Part shown: piece after piece, positions 13,123 to 26,600 of the stretch
Layout of the letters: each line of letters begins with the position of its first letter
How positions within the stretch are numbered: position 1 is the stretch's first letter
DNA from: Macrostomum lignano
Taxonomy: Eukaryota
DNA: 64,000 nucleotides
Assembly (NCBI GenBank): GCA_002269645.1
Contig: NIVC01000976.1
Location: 62,001 to 126,000 of the forward strand
Direction of reading: 5' to 3'
Made by a program: the position numbers and the translations under genes
The notes under the pieces: model-generated
Database searches by the model: none
The model's input: the letters and a program-made list of their open reading frames with translations, nothing else
What the model was told of the DNA's origin: nothing

Positions 13123-13701
13123 AAGAATTTGGCTATCTTGCAGAATCGTTTATTAAATTCACTCTATGGCTGTACACACATTTTTTAGCTATTGACATGA
13201 AACTTTTCAAAAATGAATATTTTCATTATGCCAAAATTTTAAAAGTGTTTAAAAGTGTCTATTTTTGTTAGTTCAAGGGCTGGACAAACCTCGTGAGATG
13301 GCACAATCTGTATTAGGGCAGAAAGTTGTCCACTAGCCATTTTTAAGTGGAAAGCACTTTTTTGCAGTATTTGCAGCTTAGTAGCACCAATCTCCTTAAA
13401 GCCCTAGAGTTTGTAACTAATTTTAGCCATAGAAAATTATTTGCCAGTGACATCAATGCACAAATTCAAAATTGCATAATTGTTAATAGTCATTAAATTT
13501 TGAAAAAAAAACTAGAAAAACCCAGAAATTGCAATAAAAGTTAACTTACAACCCCTATACAAATAGAATTTTAATGCCAAAACACTTCTAAAATGTTAGC
13601 ATAATGAAAATATTCTTTTTCGGAAAGTTTCATATCAATAGCTAAAAAATATGTGTATAATGAATTTAACAAACGATTTTGCAAGATATCCAAAAATTCT
13701 T
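13123..13701. mobile_element. ~580 bp MITE with long imperfect TIRs
   Basis: 13123-13250 (aagaatttggctatcttgcagaatcg...aaaagtgttt) is an imperfect reverse complement of 13578-13701. Confidence 0.75.
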
Positions 13702-14240
13702 TTAAGTTACAATAATCACACTTGCTTTATAGAAAGCAAAAGGAAAAATAAATTTATTTATTATATAGAGAGGCCTAGGCCTAGTTTTGAATAATATGTC
13801 TTGACCTATGCCTAGTTAAATATTCAGCAATCTTTTGGTTTCCAATGTTAAATTATTTTGACATGCATTATATATTCCATTATATGGCAATGGCACTTTA
13901 GGAGTTCATCCTATTCTAGATTAGTTACTACTATCTACTGTAGTGCAACTTACTAGCTGACCCATAGTCTAGATAATGCTGAGTGCACACTAGAATGTTT
14001 TGAATTAATTCATACCAATGCCAAGTAAATGCATACTAACACCAAGTAAATGCCAATTATAGATGCAACAAAGGACTTTTTTATAGTGGCAACAATAATT
14101 AAAGATCTTTTTATAGTTACAACAATAAAGGATCTCTTTTATGGCTTTTTATTTTTATAATATAAGTTTCAATTGAAACTAAACTAATGATACAACCTAT
14201 ATGTACATAGTCCTACTCTCCTACTAATAACTATTGATGT

Positions 14241-14598
14241 TGGGGGGCCATAGCCCAGCAGTAGCGTAGCTGCTCTGCTGTGCCAGCAACCCAGGCTCGA
14301 TTCCAAGTGCAGTCACATTAATTTGGGGCTGAATTGGAATCTTGGCTTGGCTCTGCTTGTACAATTAATGGCCTTGAGAGCCAACCCCCCAAGGCACTAA
14401 AGTGTATATGCCTAATGATAATATAAAGTTAAGGCTGCTGTATACTCCTATGTGAGTGTGTGCCTGCGTATGTATCCGCACGCTTGTATGCCTGCTCAGG
14501 GGAATTGGCAAAATGGGCAGCAATGCCTCTCGCCAGTTGTGTGCCTATGTCGCTTAAAGTGCACCAAGGTGCACACAACCCCCCTGCCTCTAAAAAAT
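14241..14598 (+). mobile_element. tRNA-derived SINE
   Basis: tRNA-like head GGGGCCATAGCCCAGCAGTAG with degenerate B box GGCTCGATTCC (14294), short A-rich tail, and an 11 bp TSD ACTATTGATGT at 14230-14240 and 14599-14609. Confidence 0.7.
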
Positions 14599-17500
14599 AC
14601 TATTGATGTCTTTTTAATTATATATTTATTTCAGGTAATACTGTAGAAAAACTATTCTTCTAATTTAGCCTTAAATCATAAAAACTTTTTGCAACAAATG
14701 ACTTTGAATGTTTATCTATCAAATGCCATAGTTTAGATTGTATATTAGTGTACACTGGGTTTAATGCTAGAAAAAATGACGAGTCCTCATTTGTATGCTG
14801 GGTTTATGTGCCAATACAAAAAATTGTCATTTGATACAATGTATCTGCTGTCATGTACGCTGGGATATACTTTGATATATGCTAAAAATGGTAAGATCTT
14901 TGTTGTATACTGGGAAATCCCAGCATACATGTCACCTTCCAAACTAAAGATCATATGATTTATGCCAATATATAATAATGCATATTGCATGTCATTTATA
15001 TGTGCTCATAACTATACTTTCCTTCAGTTACATGCTGATATTTTATAATGCATACTATGCATATTGACATTTTCAAATGCATGCTAGAATATGTACTACA
15101 TTTTCTTGAGATAGGTAATTGACTAGCTTCCTTTATTGTATTTTTCATTTTTTGTTATGCTCATGTCTATTGTGCCATTCAAACTTGTTTTATAATATAA
15201 TATCATATTAACATAATTCAATGCAAGAAACCAAAAGATAGCCAAATATTCAACTTTGTAAATACTCTCTATATCTTTAGCTTTTGTATATAAATAAGTG
15301 TTTTAAAATTATAGAGCCTATAAATGAAATATTTTCATTTTATATGCTTTTCTTGTTTATTTTTTATCTATTGTCTGGGCCTTATAATATACTCAACTAT
15401 TTAATTGTAGCTACAGTCTAAACCATAGTCTGGATCATACTAGTTGCACACTTATGCAAAAAATGAATAGTAGGCCCCTAACAAATGCATGCCAAAAATT
15501 TGAATGCATGCCCACACTCAAATCTAGGCTAATATTGAAATAATAAATCACCTTTTTGTATTGCAATAGTAAATTGGTTATTCTACAAAATAGGGTCTTA
15601 TCATGTTTTTAACCTTTAAGCACTTTTAACTTTTGAACCATAATATATAAAACAAAGCTACAAAAAGCAATCAGCAATCTGTGTCAAGCTTCTACTTGTA
15701 GTTCTATATTTTTCACATAGCTGCTAATGAATTCTAAAACAATTGAACACATAGCAAAGCATAAACTATGTTAATGGCTGATGATCAAATCAAACAATTA
15801 GGGATCTATAAGGATCTACTATTTGTAACATACGTCAATATATTACTGGCATGCCTACTATAATCATATATCCACAATTAATAATACAAATTATTATTAA
15901 TTTTTTTCAATATAATGGCCTAAGCTAAATATAGCCTTGGCTTATATTATAATTATAATTAATAGTTAGGCCTATATTAGGTCTAGACCAGGGTCAGGTC
16001 TAATAGTTAATATATAAAAAAACTGTAATTATTTAATACATACAAACATCTATATGTTTAAAAAGCATCTACTTTGTTTTGGCAAATGGTTTTAATATTG
16101 TATATAATTTATTATTATTATTTGATAGCTACTTTGGAATCTGGATAGATGATTTAAATGAGTGTTCTTTTTTGATAAAAAGTTCTTTTCTTTCTTTCTA
16201 AGCTTTCTAAAATTGTTTCAAATAGAATATAATTTCTACAATTTTTATTACTAGGTCTAACCTTGGCAACAACAACATGTGTCATGCGTATTTATATTGT
16301 GCTTCCTTTATTCTATGTATATTTTTCATTTAAAGCATACTTTGTCTGTTTCTTGCTTAACTCAAAATGAAAGAAGTGACTCATTCTACTATATAAGTCT
16401 AGTATTCTAAAAATGAAAAAATTGCTTGCTTGTATGCAATCAATTTTCTCCTGAATGGCTTAACTGATTTTCTCCATTTCTTCGCCAAAAGATGTCAAAT
16501 GTGCCCGGGACAGTACATGTAATTTTATTAAGCTCTAGCTCAATGCTAAGGGGATTAAATATTTGAAAAATTGTTTTAAATGAGCTTTTTCGATGCAAAA
16601 TTTTATCAGCAAGAAACTTCACTGCCAATTTTAATGATTGTGCCAGAGCCAACTGATAAGAAAACTCACTGGGCCCCACTGCCCAGATAATTACTCTATT
16701 TAACTTGCGTAACCAATTAGGGGGGGGGGGGTTATAATAATTCTGGATGCTGGCAAACAGCCTACCCCAGCTAATCATCATCATCATATCATCATCATCA
16801 TCACAATATACTAAATCTCTAAGATCTGACCGGTATTTCAGTCTACAGCCTGAATGCCTGAACCAATTTTTTTCAAACTAGCTTTATTCAATTGCAAATT
16901 CTTGTGAGATTGTGTGGGTGTAATTGCATAGAAAAATTCAAATGGGAAGTTAGTTAAATATTTGAAAAATGAGTTTTTCTAATGCTTTCAATGGGAGGCT
17001 AGAAAAGGTCAAAATCTCACTAACTGAATTTCAATTCCAATTAAGATTGCACCACAGCTTTTCTTTGTTCATTGTGTATGCCTCAATACTGGCTGCAATA
17101 AGGGGGGGGGGGGAAATAATGCTCAGTGGCGGTATGTGTATATTTGCTCTGGCTAACTGCATAGACAATTGTTATTTATAGATTTCACTCAACTGTGCAT
17201 TGGCTCTGCCTGCATACAACATGTGCACACTGAGCAGTCTATCTCTGCTATGTATTTGACTGCAGTGCCGAAGCATATATGGCTGATTTTTGGGCCCTCC
17301 GATCAGTAGGTGGAATAGCCGCAGTGTAGGCACTAGGACTAGTTATAGGCTAGGCGTAAGGTCCAAGGTTTGAGTCTGCCTCCTCAACAAATGATTAAAA
17401 TTAAATTAATTTATTCATTTAAAGCTTGGGCCTTAACTAATTGGAATATTTTTGTTCAATTCCCAAGGCACACTTAAAGAATAATTTTTGCTATACAAAA

Positions 17501-17639
17501 TTATTTAAGTTTACTAAGAGAAAAGTTGATTTGTAGAAAACTGCTTCGAGTATTACTCATCACATTTATGGGTATTGCCTAGCTCCATGAAAGTATGAAA
17601 ATGCTAAGCTGCTAAATTTATTGTTAAAATGAAGGCTGA

Positions 17640-19140
17640 ATTGTGAAAAACTGCCGATATGTATCAAAAATTGATTAGTGAACTGTAATAAATGCTGAGA
17701 AAAAATTAGATTCTTGAAAGAGTCCTATATTTCAGTTTGCTAAGGATACTGAGGAGCTGGCTAAGAGGAGAACTGCAGACTGCTGAGGGGAACTGCAGAT
17801 TGGCGAAAGGATCATTCATGCAGACTGCAAAGGGGAGAAACTGAAAACTGCTGAAGTAGTTTCTCCAGACTTATAAGCGTATAGCTGAAAACTGCTAAGA
17901 GGGACTACAGTTTAAGTGATTAAGTGCAGGTTGTTTAGGGGATTACTGTGGACTGCTGAGTGAATTATTGTGGTTTGCTGAGGGGACAATAATTTCAGGT
18001 TGTTGTGGGGGATATCTCAGGAATTGCTGAGATGTCATGGCTTTTTGGGGCAATTTCTGAGAGTTCAAGGCCCATGGGGAATTGCTGATATGCCATGGCT
18101 TACTGGAATAACTGCTTAAATTGAGGTTTCAAAGGCTTATGGGGGGAAGTGCTGAGATTGCTTTCTTTTGGGGGATGCTTGCTATTTAGGAATGAAGGTA
18201 TTGCTTAATGCTGATTTGTGCAAAAGACTGCCTATATGTATCGCAAATTGATTAGTGAACTGTACTAAATTGTTAGCAAATTTTTAGATTGTTGAGAAAA
18301 AACAATCTAGCTTAGCAGTTTGCTAAGCAGGAGACTGAGGAGCCGGCCACCAGGAGAACTGCAGATTGTCAAAAGGATCATTTCAGACTGCAAAGGGGAC
18401 AAACTGCAAACTGCTAAGGTAGTTCCTCCAGACATATAGATCATATTGTCTGGAGGATCATATCATAGATGTAAAGATGTGAGATGTGCAGATAGAGTTT
18501 TTCCTAGACCATATTCAGAAGCAATGATATGATCATTGCTCCTGACTTATGAGCGTATAGCTGCAAACTGCTGAAGTGGTAACTGTGGACTACTGTGGAC
18601 TGCTGAGTAAATTATTGTTTGCTGTGGGGTCAATTCTATGCTGCTAGAGTATGACTGCAATTTGTTTTTGGGGATTTGAAGGGATAATTTCAGGTTGTTG
18701 TGGAGACATCTCAGGAATTGCTGAGATGCCAAAGCTTATTGGTTGAATTGCTGAGATGTCATGGCTTTTTTGGGGTAATTTCTGAGATTTTAAGGCTCAT
18801 GGGAATTGCTGAGGTGTCAAGGCTTATTGGGAGAATTGCCGAGATATGATAGCTTTTTGGGGTATTTTTTGAGATTTCAAGGCTCATGGGGAATTGCTCA
18901 GATTTCAAGGCTTACTGAGGGAATTCTTGAGATGTCAAGGCTTACTGAGGGAATTACTGACATTTCAAGGCTTACTGGGGGAATTGCTGAGATGTCAAGG
19001 CTTACTGGCCTGGGAGAATTGCATAAATGTCAAGGTTCAAGTTTAATTGCTGCGATGTCAATGCTTACTGAGGGAATTTCTGAGATGTCAAGGTCTACTG
19101 GGGGAATTGCGGAGATATCAAGGCTCATGGGGGATGGCTG
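17640..19140. repeat. Old degenerate tandem repeat / segmental duplication
   Basis: 17640-17990 recurs diverged from about 18225. A ~30 bp unit gaattgctgagatgtcaaggcttactgagg is repeated at 18700-19130. Confidence 0.7.
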
Positions 19141-19574
19141 AATTGTTGGGGGAGGGGGTTAGGTTGTTGAGCAATTGTCAGATCATCAAGTACTTGTTGC
19201 TCATTTAATTCAGATAATAATGAAATAGTACACATAAGTGATGCTCAATTCTGCTGATAAGAAATACCAGTGTATTTATTAAAGGTTTGATTCTTTGAGT
19301 TAGGCTAATAAAGAGAGGGGTCAAGTAGCCTGCAGACCAGAATATGCCTAGGCCAATGACAATATGCACTAAGAGTTCGTGCTTGAAAGGATAAGCACTA
19401 TTTGCTGATTGAAAGGTTTTGGGTTGAGGAAGGAAACTTTTTTTGCTGGTGAAAGTTTTGATTCATGGCAATTTATTTTTGCCAAAAATAAGAAAAATTA
19501 AATTTCTGATTAATGGAAATGGAAAGTAATGGTTACCTTGGGGCAAAATTAAAACCACTTGGTGTCATTTTTTA

Positions 19575-19602
19575 GGCCCCCCAGCGGGGGCTAAATGGCT
19601 AG
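19575..19602 (+). mobile_element. Possible Helitron 3' terminus
   Basis: GC hairpin GCCCCC-CAGC-GGGGGC, then CTAG 7 nt later, followed by T. The 5' end was not located. Confidence 0.4.
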
Positions 19603-20673
19603 TATTTGCTTATTGTCAGTTAACTTTTAATGTAAAGCTTAAATATGTCATTGCTTTCAATTGACATTGCAAATGCTTCTAATTGATAGTTACATTTGGA
19701 AAAAAATCTGCTTGAAGTGTGTCTGCACTAAAATCATAAAGGTCTGAATAATAAATAATTTTTTGTTGCAACATGGTATTTTTTCTTTTATCCTTGAGTC
19801 TTTAATGTCAGTTATGTATTTATATATATATATATATATATATATCTAACATTTAAATGAAGCCCTAGGCACTTAAAATGACTTGAAAGTTTTGCTTGGC
19901 AACAAATTGGCTAAATGGTTCTTTAAGAAATCAATTATAAATAGATAGATAGAAGACAAACAAATAGCACAAAATTAGTCTATAGACTAGATTTTTAGTA
20001 TTACTTTTATTACCAACTATAATATAAGATAGTCATATGCAAAGGTACACATTTATATATACATTCTCAATTGCCAACCAATCCAACCAATATGGCTAGC
20101 ATAAATTATGGTAGACCAAGGTGCAAGTTGCTGCATAGACCATTTATTTCATAGAAATTGACTAAAATTTGAAGATTTTTTTGGTATGCACAGGAGAATG
20201 CATTGGATTATAGGTTGGTTCTCTAAGGCAATAATTGAATTATTGCTCATTCTTTGAATTACTCATTAAGAATGCAAGCCTAATTCTTGTGCATACTATA
20301 GAATGTGTTAAGCATGTTTCACATTCACTGCAAGTTTCAAGAAGAAAGAAATGCATGTTAATGCTATTTTAAGCAATTTTTATTATTGCTGAATGTTGTA
20401 AAAATATTTTTACTGTAATTAGGACAACTAACAAGGTTTTTAATTATTTCGATAGAATTCAAAGGTATTTTATTTTGTACCAGAATCTTTTTCCATTACT
20501 TCTAAATTTGCATTTCTGGTAGTTGAGAAGCAAACTCCATCTTTGTTAAAAACAATTGAATTTAATTTTACTGCAATCAAATATTTAGTTGCTGGGCGAC
20601 CTCCCGGGGCGTTAGCGAATTCGTCCATCAGCCGCGACTCCCTTGGAGCAGCGGCTGGCCGGCCATCGAGCTG

Positions 20674-23600
20674 ATGGACCAGCTCGACCTGTTCAACGAG
20701 GCTCTGTCGCAGGACTTCGGCAGCTCCGGCGCTGCAGGCCAGCAGCAGCCGAACGGCGCCAGCGAGACCAACAATAACGACAAGGACAAGCCGAACAATG
20801 GAGCTCCGCATTCTGTTGCCAATGGCAACGGGCCTCAGCAGGCGGCGGTTGAAGAGTCTTTAGAGGATTTGGACGATGACGAGATTGACAAGCTGATCAT
20901 CAAGCCGGGCCAGCAACCTGTGACGTCAGCTCCTGTGCCATCAGTCCAGTCTCCGAATCCCATCATCGTTCGTCATCAGTCGGTTTCCTCATCTAGCAAC
21001 GGCATAGCAACCACCGCGCCGGCCCCCGCAGCCGCCGTGCCGCCTCAGCATCGCTACCAGATTGTTCGCGGGACCTCCGTAGCTTCCGGCCTGCGCGCCC
21101 CGTCTGGCGCCGTCATACTGCAGGTGGCGCCAGGCGGAGGCGGCGCCGGCGCGGGGAGCCGCGGACAGGCAGTGATCCGGCATCACGTGATCGTGTCGTC
21201 GTCCTCTTCTGCTGCGCTGCGATTTGCTTCGCCTGGCGCGCCGGCGCCTTCTTACGGTGGCGTCCGGCCGATTGTGCGTCTGGCGCCGCCGCAGCTGCCA
21301 CGGCAGGCGCCGCCGCCTCCGGCCGATAAGCCGACTGACCTGCTGGAACTGGCGCTGGCCGAGAGCGGCCTCGGCAGCTTGACCGGCCCGTCGCAGCAGC
21401 AGCCACCGCAGCCGCCACCGCAACCGCCACCAGTCCAGGTGCCGTTCCAGGTGCGCTTGTCCACTCCGCAGAGTTTGCCACGCAGCAACCACCGCCAGTC
21501 GGGGCCTGTCGGCGCGCCTTTCTCGCCGTTGGTCTCCGTCGGTCAGCCGGGCTCGGGTTCGACGACGCCTCAATCGACTCTGAAATCGGCGGCCTCCGCC
21601 CCGGCGCTGACTCAGCAGGAGCGCGAGCGGTTGGCGCGGGACCGACTGGCGCATCGAAATTTGGCGCTGCGCCGCCTGCGCGAGGAGGCCGCCGACGAGT
21701 TGGAGGACCAGCTGGAGGAGCTGGGAGCGGCGGAAACCTACAACGACTACAGGTGACTCGGCATTTTGCATTTCAGGGCGGACTCGGGTTATGAGTCAGA
21801 CATGATTTGTCAACGTGAGTTAGTCAGGCATGATTTGTCAGTCTATGCGAATGAGTCAGACATAATTTGTCAGTCTATGCGAATGAGTCAGACATAATTT
21901 GTCAGTCTATGTGAATGAGTCAGACATTATTTGTCAGTCTATGTGAATGAGTCAGACATTATTTGTCAGTCTCTGTGAATGAGTCAGACATAATTTGTCA
22001 GTCTATGTGAATGAGTCAGACATAATTTGTCAGTCTCTGTGAATGAGTCAGACATAATTTGTCAGTCTATGTGAATGAGTCAGACATAATTTGTCAGTCT
22101 ATGTGAATGAGTCAGACATTATTTGTCAGTCTATGTGAATGAGTCAGACATAATTTGTCAGTCTATGTGAATGAGTCAGACATAATTTGTCAGTCTATGT
22201 AAATGAGTCAGACATGATTTGTCAGTCTATGTGAATGAGTCAGGCATGATTTGTCAGTCTATGTAAATGAGTCAGACATGATTTGTCAGTCTATGCGAAT
22301 GAGTCAGACATGATTTGTCAGTCTATGTGAATGAGTCAGATATGAAATGTCTGTCATGTTACAATAACTAATAAATAACTCAAGCATGATTTGTCGGTCG
22401 ATAATAAATAGTTAGATATGATTTGTCAGTCAGTGAGGCCTGACTTGTCAGTTTATAGTAAATGAGTTATGAGTCAGATATCAGCTCTCTGAGTCAACGT
22501 CGACAATAAGTCAGGGCCTCATGCATTCCATCTCACCCAGGCCGCAGAAGCTCCGTATCGGCAGCGCCCACCCGGATGTGGTGGTGGAGTCCAGCTCCCT
22601 CGCCGCTGTGGAGCCGCCGGACGTGCACTACGAGTTGCGCCTGCCAAGCGAAGTAATCGACGACGCGCTGCTGAGCAGTGCTCAACTTGAGGCGGTGGTG
22701 TACGCCTGCCAGCGACACGAGACCATCCTGCCTAGCGGCCAGCGGGCCGGCTACCTCCTTGGCGACGGGCCGGGCATGGGCAAAGGCCGCGTCTTGGCCG
22801 CCCTGCTGTACGAGAATTACCTGCGCGGTAGGAAGCGCGCCCTGTGGCTGTCCGTGTCTAACGACCTGCGGGTAGACGCGGAGCGAGACCTGCGCGATCT
22901 GCTGGTGCGTTGATAGCAGGGACTGCCGAACAGTAGGACTGGGAGGGAGGTCGCAAGTTTGATTTTTGAGAGGGTATCCGTTTCTATATGCTGTCAGTAT
23001 TGCTGGAATCTAGATCTACAATCTAAATCCTATATTTAGAATCCAAATCCCACAGATCTAGAATCCAAATCCCACAGATCTAGAATCCAAATCCCACAGA
23101 TCTAGAATCCAAATCCCACAGATCTAGAATCCAAATCCCACAGATCTAGAATCCAAATCCTACAGATCTAGAATCCAAATCCCACATCTAGAGTCCAAAT
23201 CCTACAGATCTAGAATCCAAATCCCACATCTAGAATCCAAATCCTACAGATCTAGAATCCAAATCCCACATCTAGAATCCAAATCCTACAGATCTAGAAT
23301 CCAAATCCCACATCTAGAATCCAAATCCTACAGATCTAGAATCCAAATCCCACATCTAGAATCCAAATCCCACATCTAGAATCCAAATCCCACAGATCTA
23401 GAATCCAAATCCCACAGATCTAGAATCCAAATCCCACAGATCTAGAATCCTAATCCCACAGATCTAGAATCCAAATCCCACATCTAGAATCCAAATCCCA
23501 CATCTAGAATCCAAATCCCACAGATCTAGAATCCAAATCCCACAGATCTAGAATCCAAATCCCACAGATCTAGAATCCAGATTCCACAGATCTAGAATCC

Positions 23601-26600
23601 AGATTCCACAGATCTAGAATCCCAACCTCACAGATCTAGAATCCAAATCCTACAGATCTAGAATCCCAACCTCACAGATCTAGAATCCAAATCCCACAGA
23701 TTTAGAACCCAGATTCCACAGATCTAGAATCCCAACCTCACAGATCTAGAATCCAAATCCTACAGATCTAGAATCCCAACCTCACAGATCTAGAATCCAA
23801 ATCCTACAGATCTAGAATCCAGATCCCACAGATTTAGAACCCAGATCCCACAGATTTAGAACCCAGATCCCACAGATTTAGAACCCAGATTCCACAGATC
23901 TAGAATCCCAACCTCACAGATCTAGAATCCAAATCCTACAGATCTAGAATCCAAATCCTACAGATCTAGAATCCAAATTCCACAGATCTAGAATCCCAAC
24001 CTCACAGATCTAGAATCCCAACCTCACAGATCTAGAATCCAGGTCCCACAGATCTAAAATCCGAATCCAGGTCCCACAGATCTAAAATCCAAATCCAAAT
24101 CCCATATCTAGAATCCAAACCCCACAGATCTAGAATCCAGATCCCACAAAACTAAAATTTGAATCCCGTATCTAGAATCCAGATCCTACAGATCTAAAAT
24201 CTAAATCCCATATCTACAATCCAGATCCCATATCTACAATCTAGATCCCAGAGTCCCCGACCTTGATTTGCCAACCCCGCAGGCGGACCGCATCGTAGTG
24301 CACGCCCTGCACCGCATGAAGTACGCCAAGATCAACAGCGATGAGAACGGTCGCATCCGCAAGGGCTGCATCTTTGCCACCTACGCCTCCCTAATTGGCG
24401 AGTCCGGCAGCGCCAGCAGCAAGTACAAGACCCGCCTAAAGCAGCTGGTCAACTACCTGGGCAGGGAGTTCGAAGGCCTCATCATCCTGGACGAATGCCA
24501 CCGGGCCAAAAACCTGTACCCAGCCGGGTCGCAGAAGCCCAGTAAGACTGGCCAGACTGTGCTGGACTTGCAGAACCAGCTGCCCATGGCGCGGGTTGTG
24601 TACGCATCTGCCACAGGCGCCTCGGAGCCCAAGAACATGGGCTACATGACCCGGCTAGGCCTGTGGGGCAGCGGCAGCGCCTTCCCCACTTTCACCGAGT
24701 TTATCAATACTATTGAGAGGCGGGGCATCGGAGTGATGGAGCTGCTAGCTATGGATATGAAACTGCGGGGCATGTACATCGCCAGGCAGCTCAGCTTCCA
24801 TGTGAGTCTGCGTCTATGCTACTCTACTCTACTCGGTCTCACCTGTACTCTACTCGGTCTCACCCTGCACTCTATTCGGTCTCACCTGTACTCTACTCGG
24901 TCTCACCTGTACTCTACTCGGTCTCACCTGTGCTCTACTCGGTCTCACCTGTACTCTAATCAGTCTCACCTGTACTCTACTCGGTCTCACTTGTACTCTA
25001 CTCGGTCTCACCTGTACTCTACTCGGTCTCACCTGTACTCTAATCAGTCTCACCTGTACTCTACTTGGTCTCACTTGTACTCTACTCGGTCTCACCTGTA
25101 CTCTACTCGGTCTCACCTCTACCCTACTCGGTCTCACCTCTACTCTACTCGGTCTCACCTCTACCCTACTCGGTCTCACCTCTACTCTACTCGGTCTCAC
25201 CTCTACCCTACTCGGTCTCACCTCTACCCTACTCGGTCTCACCTCTACCCTACTCGGTCTCACCTCCGCCACCTTTGCTAAATGTAGTCTCGGCGCTACC
25301 CAATCTAGTCTTATCTCTACTCAATCTAGTCCCTGCCCTACCCAATTTAGTCTCGACTCTACCCAATCTAGTTTCAGCCCTATAGCCAATCTAGTCTCAG
25401 CCTTATAGCCAATCTAGTCTCAGCCTTATAGCCAATCTAGTCTCAGCCCTATAGCCAATCTAGTCTTAGCCCTATAGCCAATCTAGTCTCAGCCTTATAG
25501 CCAATCTAGTCTCAGCCTTATAGCCAATCTAGTCTCAGCCATATAGCCAATCTAGTCTTAGCCCTATAGCCAATCTAGTCTCAGCCTTATAGCCAATCTA
25601 GTCTCAGCCCTATAGCCAATCTAGTCTCAGCCATATAGCCAATCTAGTCTCAGCCCTATAGCCAATCTAGTCTTAGCCCTATAGCCAATCTAGTCTCAGC
25701 CCTATAGCCAATCTAGTCTCAGCCTTATAGCCAATCTAGTCTCAGCCTTATAGCCAATCTAGTCTTAGCCATATAGCCAATCTAGTCTTAGCCCTATAGC
25801 CAATCTAGTCTCAGCCCTATAGCCAATCTAGTCTCAGCCATATAGCCAATCTAGTCTCAGCCTTATAGCCAATCTAGTCTTAGCCCTATAGCCAATCTAG
25901 TCTCAGCCTTATAGCCAATCTAGTCTCAGCCCTATAGCCAATCTAGTCTCAGCCATATAGCCAATCTAGTCTCAGCCCTATAGCCAATCTAGTCTCAGCC
26001 ATATAGCCAATCTAGTCTCAGTCCTATAGCCAATCTAGTTTCAGCCCTATAGCCAATCTAGTCTCAGCCTTATAGCCAATCTAGTCTCAGCCTTATAGCC
26101 AATCTAGTCTCAGCCATATAGCCAATCTAGTCTCAGCCCTATATCCAAACTAGTCTCAGCTTTACCCAATCTAGTCTCAGCTCTATACCCAATCTAGTCT
26201 CAGCCCTATAGCCAATCTAGTCTCAGCCTTATAGCCAATCTAGTCTCAGCCTTATAGCCAATCTAGTCTCAGCCATATAGCCAATCTAGTCTCAGCCCTA
26301 TATCCAAACTAGTCTCAGCTTTACCCAATCTAGTCTCAGCTCTATACCCAATCTAGTCTCAGCTCTATACCCAATCTAGTCCTAGCTCTATACTCAATCT
26401 AGCTTCAAGTTTGCCTAAACCAGTTTCATTGTTTCTGTTCACTGGTGACCTGTTCGCCCTTCCCTTCAGGGTGTGCAATTCGGCATAGATGAGGTGCCCC
26501 TGTGCCAAGAGTACACAGAGATGTACAACGCCAGCTGCGCACTGTGGCAGCAGGCCAAATCCGCATTCGAAGAGGCATCGAAGCGCACGGATCCCGAGGG

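Noticed and set aside
17290-17380. tRNA or SINE-like head (GGTGGAATAGCCGCAGTG...GGTTTGAGTC)
   Set aside because: Too degenerate; no cloverleaf, tail or TSD could be supported.
20989-21771. 260 aa antisense ORF and similar shadow ORFs over SBNO, AF10 and PTP exons
   Set aside because: Expected by-products of very GC-rich coding sequence, with no recognisable domains.
24850-25385. Repetitive ORFs such as SRVEVRP and STRSHLY
   Set aside because: Translations of the intron 3 minisatellite, after a clear GTGAGT donor at 24802.
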